Shown here: positions 39,501-48,358 of the stretch, piece by piece
Layout of the letters: the number at the start of each line of letters is the position of its first letter
Position numbering within the stretch: position 1 is the stretch's first letter
From: Candidatus Latescibacterota bacterium
GTDB lineage: Bacteria > Latescibacterota > UBA2968
Reading direction: 5' to 3'
DNA: 64,000 nt
NCBI GenBank assembly: GCA_965207885.1
Contig: OZ242311.1
Coordinates: forward strand, 1,600,001 to 1,664,000
The notes under the pieces: model-generated
Database searches by the model: none
What the model was told of the DNA's origin: nothing
What the model saw: only the letters and a program-made list of their open reading frames with translations
Position numbers and translations under genes: made by a program

Positions 39501-39687
39501 GCGGAGAGGCATTGCGAAACCCAACAGATACAGCTAAAAATGGCGGCGTCAAACCATCGGGCATCATCTCGACGGGCATACGCACATACGCCACCGCCCC
39601 CAGTACCAACAGCGCGACAAGGCACATGGTAACAGACACGGGTCGCAACACCGAAATACGCGGTAAAAGAGAAGATTTGGGATTCAT
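36520..39687 (-). CDS. AcrB/AcrD/AcrF family RND efflux permease
   Basis: RPVSVTM, GLVVDNAIVILENI, GVVVNNAIVLVD and RFRPILMTTFTT; 1055 aa with two large periplasmic loops. Confidence 0.93.
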   Translation of the reverse strand: MNPKSSLLPRISVLRPVSVTMCLVALLVLGAVAYVRMPVEMMPDGLTPPFLAVSVGFRNASPQETEQQITLPLEETLRTVKGIKTLRSYSSRGARVHMEFRQYTDMVVAYNQVSDRLERLKPLLPEEARDEVRIHKYDQDSKSVMYVAVSIDSAITEPFQFIETFVQYPLERVDGVGRVDIFGADRKEVMVEVDQDRMRARGVRIGEIVSTLRGDNFALAGGYVREGPKKFYVRSLAQYVTLREIENIQIQSRAGKVRLGDVASVVFEVPEKSWTQRIDGKRGMSFGIKQESGANVADVTDRVVAKLKAIEEDPRMAGQVSFQVMFNQGFFIKESIRNLRETGLWGGLFAALVLLFFLRTVRMTAIITLAIPLCVMIAMTALYFVGWSLNVVTMMGLMVGIGLVVDNAIVILENIYRRRGNGEAPEDAAIFGASEVGQAITMATFTTVVVFLPMMLFSGNMFMTFYMTRLGVPVGVALVGSLFVALLFIPLASVRLGKGRVRPNPKIIVKARGIYERMLSWTLRHRRDAVLIALALAATTMYPLDNLKRADRPRGGAFNDLDVRLRLPRHFSPEETEDIVGEVEEFLEARREKYGYETLRVYYRPGYGNLSLYMPAKSDDPWWYVAYKNTRSALGIPVAGPMERAEVAEDISKNMPRYVGVRHSVEGARNEGGGSDPGVSIYLEGDDTEVLVSLVDEVERRLRQIPSLVGVDTDLELADDEVRVVIDRERAKRLGISVRDVARYISYGLQGVSLPRFKSDDGEVRVRLFLDRTDRQNLNQLRNFPFETDDGTEVALSEVAFFQVSRGMGRIARYDGKVKLRVRAYTTRADIKGLAEEIDKVMDGLELPRGYSWDKGESFKQLREDEASERLGIVMAVICVFLLMGVLFESFILPFSVLFSIPFSFLGVYWTLYLTGTPMDRMASVGVIVLIGVVVNNAIVLVDMVNRLRADGMNRFDAIMEAGHNRFRPILMTTFTTVFGLLPMAVGDSNAMGSSYAPLGRTMMGGLLASTFLTLLVVPLFYTLLDDLRLAIRRLSAGAFASRARDEAYDTADDD

Positions 39688-39924
39688 GGCAAATTCAGTA
39701 GTTAGTTAGCACCACCAGAATATCGCTCTTAATTATCGAAGATTTACACAAATTTGGCAAACAGAGTTTGCGATGCCCTGTCAGAGGTCGGCGAGTTATG
39801 CAAATTAAAACGTCTTTTGTTAATTTAAGTTGCATTCTAATATATAAAGCCTATAATTATATATTGCAGACCAACTCCCCGAAGAGAAATCGCCCAAATC
39901 TCCTCATTAACCCAGGAGCAGGCC

Positions 39925-40947
39925 ATGACGGACCAGATTGTAGAATTGCGCGTATCCAACGACGCGATCAACGATTCGGAAGAGTTGCGGCGGCGCATCC
40001 GAGAAGAGGGATACCTCTTCTTTCGCAAATTGCAGAACCCGGACAAACTCTGGGAATTGCGGCGGCAAATGCTCAACAAAATGACACCCTGGCTCGTCGA
40101 GGGAACCGACCCCATAGATGGCATCGCCGATATATCCAAACAATGTACCGAAGGCGACCCCGAATACACCGACGTATATCACGAAGTGTATAAACTCGAA
40201 GCCTTTCACCGCATTGCCCATGAACCAGAAGTTCTCGACCTGCTCGAAAAAGTAATGGACAGCCCTGTCTTCCCGCATCCGCACAAAGTCGCTCGCCTGT
40301 GGTTTCCCAAATACACGGCGCACACCACACCGATTCACCAGGACTTTGTCCACTTTCAGGGCAACTTCGACACCTACACCTGCTGGGCACCTGTTGGCGA
40401 CTGCCCCATTGAACTGGGTGGCCTCGCCGTATTGCCCGGCTCTCACAAAATCAATGCCGTGATGAACCACCACTTCTCCCTCGGCGCGGGCAGCCTGTGC
40501 ATCCACACCGACGAATTGAAAGGCCAATGGCACAGTACAGAATACGAAATCGGCGATACCCTCATCTTCCCTGCACTCACGGTACATCAGGCTCTACCAA
40601 ACCTCACCGAAGACCGCCTTCGTGTCTCCCTCGACAACCGCTATCAAAAACTCGGCGACACCCTATCTGAACACATGCTCGAACCCCATCTGAACATCTT
40701 TAACAATCTCACCTGGGAAGACGTGTACAAAGACTGGGCAAGCGACGACCTCAAATACTACTGGCAAAACCAGAACAATCACATCATACCCCGCGACCTC
40801 AGCTATTCAGAGAAAGGTTTTGCAGAAGCCCTCGAACTGGCTAAAGCGGGAGATGAGCGCGCGTATATTGCCATGAATCGCGCCATACGACGCGATCCCA
40901 ACTCACCTCAGGCTCAAGCTGCCAGAAAAGCTCTGGCACTTGCGTGA
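39925..40947 (+). CDS. Phytanoyl-CoA dioxygenase (PhyH) family protein
   Basis: EEGYLFFR, TPIHQD (HxD), GGLAVLPGSH, TVHQALPN and RVSLDNR; SD AGGAG. Confidence 0.9.
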   Translation: MTDQIVELRVSNDAINDSEELRRRIREEGYLFFRKLQNPDKLWELRRQMLNKMTPWLVEGTDPIDGIADISKQCTEGDPEYTDVYHEVYKLEAFHRIAHEPEVLDLLEKVMDSPVFPHPHKVARLWFPKYTAHTTPIHQDFVHFQGNFDTYTCWAPVGDCPIELGGLAVLPGSHKINAVMNHHFSLGAGSLCIHTDELKGQWHSTEYEIGDTLIFPALTVHQALPNLTEDRLRVSLDNRYQKLGDTLSEHMLEPHLNIFNNLTWEDVYKDWASDDLKYYWQNQNNHIIPRDLSYSEKGFAEALELAKAGDERAYIAMNRAIRRDPNSPQAQAARKALALA

Positions 40948-41054
40948 TCGACATCATTTTCATACAACGCTTTTTCTCCAGGGAGGTTTCTATTTTTAGG
41001 CATGGCTTTTATCGAGACAGTATTTTCACACAACGTTTTTCAGGAGGACCGGTG

Positions 41055-42428
41055 ATGAAACACATCCGCATTATAGTTGTTATAGCCCTCGCCGCAGGAC
41101 TGATGTGGAACTGCGGTGGTGAGCGCGTCACGCAGTCAGAGACCGGGACAGACGAACAAATTGGACGTCCCCTGAGCAAATTGGTAGCGCACGGAGATGC
41201 CGTACAGGCTATAGTAAGAGCCACTGTGCACCGTGATGGCGCACCAGTAAGCGGTGCAACTTTAGAATTTTCGCGTTCTATTGCCGGACAGACGCCAGCC
41301 TATGAGTGGTCAGGCACAACCGATAAAAAAGGTCAGACACTGGTGGAAATCGCATCGGGCAATGGTTATTACCAGGCGCGTGCTTCGCAGGACGGAGTCG
41401 AGATCGGCTCCTGGTCCAGCATACCAATTAACGCAGGCTATAAGGTCATACTCTATTTACCCGTTGGTGGAAAAGCACAGGTGAAAGGTTCATACTCTCT
41501 GGAAGAGCCAACAAAACAGATCACAGCCAGAGATGTAGTAGATAAGAAAACCCTGAAAGCCTTTGTAGAAGCCGCAAAAGAATACGCGAAAAACTTTCCC
41601 CTTTCCGAGGACATCGAAGCAGAATTCAGACAAGAGGGTGGAAGGTGGAAACACGAAGCCATCTACCTCGTAATTGGAAATAGTGACGGCGTCATATTAT
41701 TTCACGCAGCCAATCCAGCCCTCGAAGGGCAAAACGTGTTTCACCTTGAAGACCCCAATGGTGTCAAATATACTCAGGAACTCATCGCCGCATCTGCTGC
41801 AGGTGGTGGTTTTGTCGAGTATTACTTCGATAACCCGACGATAGACGAGAATGGAGATGGCGAATTAGTAGGCGATCCCATTGGCTCACCCAAAATAAGT
41901 TACGCCATCCCATTCATAGACTCTGTGACTGGCATGGAACTAACCATGCTCTCTGGCTTTTATCCAGTCACGGCTCGTACTGTGATAGATAAAGAAACCC
42001 TGAAATCATTTGTCGGAGCCGCAAAAGAATACGCGAAAAGCTTCCCCTTTTCCGAAGACATCGCAGAAGAATTCAGACAAGAGGGCGGCAGGTGGAAACA
42101 CGAAGCCATCTACCTCGCAGTTTTAAACAGCGAGGGCGTCATAGTGTATCACGCAGCCAATGCAGATCTCGAGGGACAAAACCTGATTAACTTTGAAGAT
42201 CCCAATGGCGTCAAATACGTCCAGGAACTCATCGCTGCAGCCGCAGCAGGTGGCGGTTTTGTCGCGTATTATTTCGATAATCCGGCGGTAGATGAGAATG
42301 GTGATGGCGAATTAACCGGAGATCCCATTGGCTCGCCCAAGATCAGTTATGCCATCCCAATCACTGACTCACAAACCGGCAGGGAATTAACCTTCCTCTC
42401 GGGCTTTTATCCGCAGGTGAAAGAATGA
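41055..42428 (+). CDS. Lipoprotein with an N-terminal beta-sandwich domain and two tandem single-Cache-like domains, no signalling domain
   Basis: Lipobox-like MWNC; two 149-aa repeats (LKxFVxAAKEY...WKHEAIYL...HAAN..LEGQN...DPNGVKY..ELIAA...GGGFVxYYFDNP...PKISY). Confidence 0.8.
   Translation: MKHIRIIVVIALAAGLMWNCGGERVTQSETGTDEQIGRPLSKLVAHGDAVQAIVRATVHRDGAPVSGATLEFSRSIAGQTPAYEWSGTTDKKGQTLVEIASGNGYYQARASQDGVEIGSWSSIPINAGYKVILYLPVGGKAQVKGSYSLEEPTKQITARDVVDKKTLKAFVEAAKEYAKNFPLSEDIEAEFRQEGGRWKHEAIYLVIGNSDGVILFHAANPALEGQNVFHLEDPNGVKYTQELIAASAAGGGFVEYYFDNPTIDENGDGELVGDPIGSPKISYAIPFIDSVTGMELTMLSGFYPVTARTVIDKETLKSFVGAAKEYAKSFPFSEDIAEEFRQEGGRWKHEAIYLAVLNSEGVIVYHAANADLEGQNLINFEDPNGVKYVQELIAAAAAGGGFVAYYFDNPAVDENGDGELTGDPIGSPKISYAIPITDSQTGRELTFLSGFYPQVKE
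41523..42413 (+). repeat. Intragenic tandem duplication, 447-bp period
   Basis: 41523-41966 and 41970-42413 are highly similar at the DNA level (e.g. gccgcaaaagaatacgcgaaaa and ggtggaaacacgaagccatctacctcg occur in both). Confidence 0.9.
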
Positions 42429-42435
42429 GAAGGGT

Positions 42436-43896
42436 ATGAAAAAAAGATCAGACACAAAACAAGAACTTTCAGACGAGGCGGATAACAGCCTCCATATGGC
42501 TCCCGAACTCATGCTTGAACTCGCGCGCAAAGCCGCGGAGCTTTTAGTAGCACGAACCGAGACCTTGCCAGGGGAAAATGCCTGGGACGGAGAGTTCCGG
42601 CAAGGACTGGAGAAACAACTCCTGAAGGATCCGCCCGAAACTGGGCGGCCCCCAGTGGAAGTCATTGAGCAGGCCGCACGCGAGATCCTCCCAATTGCGA
42701 TGCGACTGGACCACCCACGTTGCTTCGCGTTTATGCCGTCGTCACCCACCTGGCCCGGTGTGCTGGCCGATTTCATGGCCGCCGGATACAACGTCAACGC
42801 ATGCACCTGGCTGGTCGGGAGCGGCCCGAGTCAACTCGAACTGGTCGTTATTGATTGGTTGCGGCAGTGGGTCGGCTATCCAGAAAGCGCGGGTGGACTT
42901 TTCACAAGCGGAGGCTCCGCAGCCAGCCTCGACGCCTTTGTCGCAGCGAGAGAAGCGGTGGGCCACCCTGAACGCGCCACTGTTTATATGAGCGACCAGA
43001 GCCATAGCGCGCACATCCGCGCAGCCAGGATCATCGGCATTCGCACAGAGTGCATACGCCTGATACCGAGCGACGACCTCTTCCGCCTGGACATGGAAGC
43101 ACTCGCACAGACTGTAGCCGATGACCGCGCAGCGGGATTCACCCCCATTGCGGTATGCGCCAACGCAGGAACGAGCAGTACCGGGACTATCGATCCGATC
43201 GAAACCATGGCAGACTACTGCGAGGCAGAGGGTATATGGCTACACATTGACGCTGCATACGGCGGCTTCGCTGTCGTAACTGAGCAAGGCAAGGAACTCC
43301 TGCGCGGAATCGAACGGGCAGATTCCATCGGGCTGGATGCGCACAAATGGTTCTTCCAACCTTATGAGGCTGGTTGCCTGCTGGTGAAGGACCTGAGTAC
43401 GCTTGAAAACGCCTTCGGCGTTCATCACGATATTCTCCAGGACACAATATGGGGTGCGAACCACCCGAACTTCTCGGATCGCGGCCTGCAACTGAGCCGT
43501 TCGGTACGCGCTCTTAAGGTCTGGATGTCAGTCCAAACCTTCGGAATGGACGCATTCCGGGGGGCTGTAGCAAAGGGAATGGAACTGGCTGCCCGCGCCG
43601 AGGCATACGTCCGTGAAAGTCAAACCCTGGAAATGTTAAACCCCGCATCGCTGGGGATCGTATGCTTCCACGTCAACCCCGCTGACACAGCTGTTGACGA
43701 GGAAGAACTCGCAGAGATCAACAAGACAATACTCGCCCGCATCTTTTGGGAAGACAAAGCCTTTATATCCTCGACGCTTCTGCATGGAAAGTTTTCACTC
43801 CGGCTGTGCATCGCCAACCACAACACGACATGGGACGATGTGCGCGAGACCCTTGAGGCTGCCGAGCGATTTGGGCAAGAGGCGTTAGCCTATTAA
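42436..43896 (+). CDS. Group II PLP-dependent decarboxylase (aromatic L-amino acid / L-2,4-diaminobutyrate decarboxylase family)
   Basis: HPRCFAF, TSGGS, SHSAH, AGTSSTGTIDP, WLHIDAAYGG, DAHKW (PLP lysine), GLQLSR and LRLC. Confidence 0.9.
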   Translation: MKKRSDTKQELSDEADNSLHMAPELMLELARKAAELLVARTETLPGENAWDGEFRQGLEKQLLKDPPETGRPPVEVIEQAAREILPIAMRLDHPRCFAFMPSSPTWPGVLADFMAAGYNVNACTWLVGSGPSQLELVVIDWLRQWVGYPESAGGLFTSGGSAASLDAFVAAREAVGHPERATVYMSDQSHSAHIRAARIIGIRTECIRLIPSDDLFRLDMEALAQTVADDRAAGFTPIAVCANAGTSSTGTIDPIETMADYCEAEGIWLHIDAAYGGFAVVTEQGKELLRGIERADSIGLDAHKWFFQPYEAGCLLVKDLSTLENAFGVHHDILQDTIWGANHPNFSDRGLQLSRSVRALKVWMSVQTFGMDAFRGAVAKGMELAARAEAYVRESQTLEMLNPASLGIVCFHVNPADTAVDEEELAEINKTILARIFWEDKAFISSTLLHGKFSLRLCIANHNTTWDDVRETLEAAERFGQEALAY

Positions 43897-43932
43897 AAAA
43901 AAGCCGCGAGCATAAACTCGCGGCTTTTTTTA
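43895..43932. terminator. Bidirectional intrinsic terminator
   Basis: A-tract-GCCGCGAG-cataaa-CTCGCGGC-T-tract. Confidence 0.9.
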
Positions 43933-43945
43933 TACATACCCGGAC

Positions 43946-46762
43946 TCAATCACCCACGCGCTGCAACCCCGGTCCCTCTTCGTAATAATAACTCCCCGGA
44001 AAGAACGTTTCATTATCGGGCATCGACTCAACCAACCGCACCTCTGCCGCACACACCTTGTACTCGGCAGTCCCCGTCACCGCATCGCCCACATCATTGG
44101 TCAGCACATTGGCGCGTGCCTCGGCAAAATGCAATGGCATCCAGATACATCCCGGACGCACTTGCCGCGACAAAATAGCCCGCAACTGCACACTCCCGCG
44201 CCGCGTCGTCACCTCCACCATATCCCCGTGGTGAACACCCCGCTTCCGCGCATCGCTCGGATGCAACTCTACAAAAGCCTCGGACTGTTTCGCATCAAGC
44301 CCGGACTCTCGGCGCGTCTGGGTTGCGGCATTGTAGTGATACAGCGTGCGTCCCGTAGAAAGAAAAAGACCGTAATCTTCATCTGGCAATTCCGCCGGTG
44401 GGATATAATGCACGGGCATAAACAATCCCTTACCGCGCAAAATGCCATCTTCGTGTAAAAATTTTGTACCCGGATGATCCGCATCGGGGCACGGCCACTG
44501 TAAGCCCGCTATGCTCTCTTCACCTGCTACGCGATCTATCTTTTCCAATTTCTCGTGACTGATACCGGCAAATTGGGGAACGTCTTTAACCATCTCGGCA
44601 TAAACTTCCGCTGGATCTTTATACGACCAATTCGCGCCCATCTTATTCGCCAGCATAACCAGAATCTCCCAATCTGGAAGCGCTTCCCCAGGAGGTTCAA
44701 CTGCTTTGCGAACCCTCTGAATGCGGCGCTCTGAATTGGTAAACGTCCCCTCCTTCTCGGCAAACACAGCTGCGGGCAAAATCACATCGGCAAAACGCGC
44801 CGTCTCATTCATAAACGCATCCTGCATCACGATAAAATCGACATTATTCAATCCCTTTTCCAACTCGAGAACATTGGGTTCGGACAACACAATATCTTCA
44901 CCCATCACAAAAAAGCCGCGCATCTGTTCCCCCACCGTCTTCATCATCTCATTGAGATTCAGACCCGGCACAGGGGACAGCGGAACACCCCAGGACTTTT
45001 CGTATTTTGCCCGCACTTCTGGATCATCCACACGCTGATAACCCGGATAAAACATCGGCGTAGCACCCGCGTCATTCGCACCCTGCACATTATTCTGTCC
45101 GCGCAGTGGATTCATCCCGGTCGATGGCTTGCCCAGATGCCCCGTCATCAAAACCAGATTTGCAAGCGCATACACATTATCCGTACCGTGTGCGTGTTCC
45201 GTAATGCCCAGGGTATAGTATATACCCGCTTTTTCTGTCGTAGCATACTGCCGCGCAGTCCAGCGAATATCATCTGCTGAAATACCCGTTATCTCTTCAG
45301 CCTTTTCGGGTGTATAAGACGCGACAGCCTCTTTGACCTGCTCAAAATTTTCAGTCTGATTTTCGATAAATTCGCGATCGATCAAATCCTCTGCCACAAT
45401 CACATGCGCCATGGCATTGAGCAACCACACATCTGTACCGGGATTGAGTTGCAAATGCTTTTCCGCAATAGACGTCATCCATATCGCCCGGGGATCGGCG
45501 ACAACCAAGGTCGCGCCTTTGCGAATCGCGCGCTTCATTTCCATAGCGATAATCGGATGTGCCTCGCTCGTATTGCTGCCAATCACAAACAGAAAATCAA
45601 CATCGCGTATCTCGCCAATTGAATTCGTCATAGCACCCGCACCAAATGTTTCGACCAGACCGGCCACAGTTGGCGCGTGTCACGTGGCCGCACACTGATG
45701 GACGTGATTTGCCCGAAACAGCGCGCGCGCCATTTTCTGAACGAGAAAATTTTCCTCCATCGTACACCGCGACGAACTCACAAAACCCAGGGCATCTGCG
45801 CCGTGTCGCTCTGCAACGCCCAACAATCCTTCCGCTGCTCTTTCGAGCGCATCGTCCCAGGTAGTTGGATACAATACACCATCCTCACCGCGCACAAGCG
45901 GCTCAGTCAACCGATCTTTGTGGTGCACAAAGTCATAGGCAAAGCGTCCCTTGACACACAAATTGCCGTCATTGGTCGTCGTGCCCGGCGGTGGACTCGT
46001 CACCTTTACAATCTGCCCCTTGCCATCGCGACCTCCTGGATCCACATTGAGGTCGAACTGACAACCCACCCCACAAAAGTTGCAAGTTGACCGAACCTTT
46101 ACCAATTCACGCTCGGGTTTTTGCCCGCGCATCAGTGGCAATTTTTCATTCATAGCACCAGTTGGACACACATCGATACATCCACCGCACAACTCGCACG
46201 TCGTATCCAGCAGAGATTTTTCTTCCACCGTAGAAATCGTCGTATGTGACCCTCTACCCGCAAGAGTAATAGCCGAAACACCTTCTATTTCCTCGCAATA
46301 GCGCACGCATCGCGCACACGCAATACAGGTATCGGGATTAAAATCCACATAGGGATTGCGATCCTCCCTATCTCCTCGCATCGGCTCCATCCATCCCCAA
46401 TCCATTGGCGCATCGAACTCGGCAGCCATATCCAGCAATAAATCCGGCGAACCGACTTCCGATACTTCCCGCTCGTGCGGATGATCGGTCATGTACAAAG
46501 CCATCAGAGTTTGGCGGTGCCGATCAATACGCTCATTCTCGGTCGTCACCACCATCCCGTCTTGTGCGATGCGCGCACAGGCCGGCGTCATCAACCGCTC
46601 GCCATCAACTTCCACAAGACAAGAGCGACACGCACCCGCGGGTTCTAAACGCGGATCGTGACACAGGGTCGGAATTTCCAATCCCTGACGAGATGTAATG
46701 TCCAGCAGGGTCTCGCCTTCGGCAAAGCATATCGTCTGTCCGTTCAATATCAATTTATTCAT
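43946..46762 (-). CDS. fdhF: Selenocysteine-containing formate dehydrogenase alpha subunit (FdhF/FdsA type), 938 aa read through UGA at 45680-45682
   Basis: The two listed ORFs are in frame: ...HVHQCAAT-UGA-HAPTVAGLVETFGAGAMTN..., aligning with the FdhF C-x-x-x-U-H active site. Also present: N-terminal 2Fe-2S and 2x4Fe-4S motifs, CNFCGVGC, LRGQNNVQG and a molybdopterin dinucleotide-binding C-terminus. Confidence 0.92.
45638..45682 (-). promoter_or_regulatory. Bacterial SECIS element
   Basis: UGA-CAC-GCGCCAA-cUGU-GGCC-GGUCU-GGUC-gaa-ACA-U-UUGGUGC. The hairpin follows the UGA directly and its apical GGUCU segment matches the E. coli fdhF SECIS. Confidence 0.8.
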
Positions 46763-48344
46763 CAAACTCCTCGGGGAAGAATTTTTGGGCACTCGTCAGG
46801 GGGAGAGAAGCGATTTGCCCAAGACCACATATCGAACCCTCATTCATTTGCCACGCCACGTCTGCTGCGTGTTGCAAGTGAGGGTTGTGGTCCTGTTCCC
46901 GATTGCAAATGCGATTTTCCAGTGCCTCATGTAAATACCGCGTGCCAATGCGACAGGGGGCGCATTGCCCGCAGCTTTCATCGTGAAAAAATCTCAACTG
47001 TTGACTGACTGACCATTTTATATCCACCGTGTCGTTCAACACAACAACACCGGCCGAGCCGAGCAGCGAACCCAACCCATCCATTGTCTTAAAATCCAAT
47101 GATTGATCCCTGTATTTAGCCGGCAAAAAGCCCGAACTCGCACCCCCGGGACTAAACGCTTTCGGAGTACCAATATATCCGCCGGCCTCTTCGACCAACT
47201 CATCTAAAGTCACACCGAGCGGCAACTCATAGACACCGGGGCGTTTGACATGCCCGCTAATACAATACACTTTTGACCCCGCCTCTGTGCGCCCCAAATT
47301 GAGAAACCAATCGCCGCCTCTTGAAATAATCGAAGGCACGCACGCAATAGTTTCCACATTGTGAATAAGTGTGGGTTTTCCCCACAGACCGTATTCTGTG
47401 GGATAGGGTGGGCGCAAACGCGGCATTCCGCGCTTGCCTTCCAATGCCTCTAAAAGTGCCGTCTCCTCGCCGCAAATATACGCACCTTGCCCCGAGTGCA
47501 TGTGAAAACGGATATCGGGAAATATATTATATGATTCAAACTCTGCAATTGCTTTTGTCATCACAGCCTTTGGAAATGCGAACTCGCCCCGCAAGTACAA
47601 ATAAACATCTCTCGCCCCGATTGTATAAGCCGCAATCGCCAATCCTTCAACAACCAGATCGGGACGCCGCATCAAAATCTCGCGGTCTTTAAATGTACCT
47701 GGCTCGCTCTCATCGCCATTTAAAACCACATAACGCGTGGTCTCTTTTTCTGAACACACAGCATTCCACTTAAAAGACGCGGAAAAACCCGCGCCACCGC
47801 GCCCCTGCAACCCCGACATCTCTATTTCTTCGATAATTTCTTCGGGACGCATCTTCGCGGCCTTAGCAAACGCTTTCCCCGACCAATCGGCCTGCCCCAA
47901 CAAATTGATCGCCATAGTATCTGGATCATCCACCTCTGGTCCCACATGTCCCAAGTTGCCACTGGACACTATCTCTGGCAGGAGCCGCGTCCAATCGCCA
48001 TCTGCCCGCACCACATCCTCGACCGATACAGCGGGCAACACATCGCGGTCTCGCAACACCGCAGGCGGACGATCACAAGCTGCCAGACACGAACACCCCA
48101 TCGCGGGCAGGTCCGCATCTACCATCGCCTGCAGCACCTGATCTGCACCCGCCATGCGACACGACAAACCCGTACATACCCGCACTTTTTTATCCGTATC
48201 AGTCAACAAATCAAAAAAACTACCCACGCCATAGACCTGCGCTTCGGGAACGCCAGTTTGTTGCGACACCTCCCGCGACACGCCTGAATTTAACCCGCCT
48301 TCAATCTGAAGCAGATCGGGCACATCGGCCTGTTTTTTATTCAC
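46755..48344 (-). CDS. NAD-dependent formate dehydrogenase diaphorase subunit, NuoE-NuoF (FdsG-FdsB) fusion
   Basis: N-terminal thioredoxin-like 2Fe-2S motif (VCTGLSC...CLAAC); SGLQGRGGAGF, NGDESEPGTFKDR, GAYICGEETAL, ESCGQCAPCR and SICGLG. GTG start after GAGG. Confidence 0.9.
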   Translation of the reverse strand: MNKKQADVPDLLQIEGGLNSGVSREVSQQTGVPEAQVYGVGSFFDLLTDTDKKVRVCTGLSCRMAGADQVLQAMVDADLPAMGCSCLAACDRPPAVLRDRDVLPAVSVEDVVRADGDWTRLLPEIVSSGNLGHVGPEVDDPDTMAINLLGQADWSGKAFAKAAKMRPEEIIEEIEMSGLQGRGGAGFSASFKWNAVCSEKETTRYVVLNGDESEPGTFKDREILMRRPDLVVEGLAIAAYTIGARDVYLYLRGEFAFPKAVMTKAIAEFESYNIFPDIRFHMHSGQGAYICGEETALLEALEGKRGMPRLRPPYPTEYGLWGKPTLIHNVETIACVPSIISRGGDWFLNLGRTEAGSKVYCISGHVKRPGVYELPLGVTLDELVEEAGGYIGTPKAFSPGGASSGFLPAKYRDQSLDFKTMDGLGSLLGSAGVVVLNDTVDIKWSVSQQLRFFHDESCGQCAPCRIGTRYLHEALENRICNREQDHNPHLQHAADVAWQMNEGSICGLGQIASLPLTSAQKFFPEEFDE

Positions 48345-48358
48345 ACCAAACCTCGCTT

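Noticed and set aside
43946-46792. Formate dehydrogenase as two genes or a nonsense pseudogene
   Set aside because: The stop is an in-frame TGA at the catalytic Sec/Cys position and is followed by a SECIS-like hairpin, so readthrough is the better explanation.
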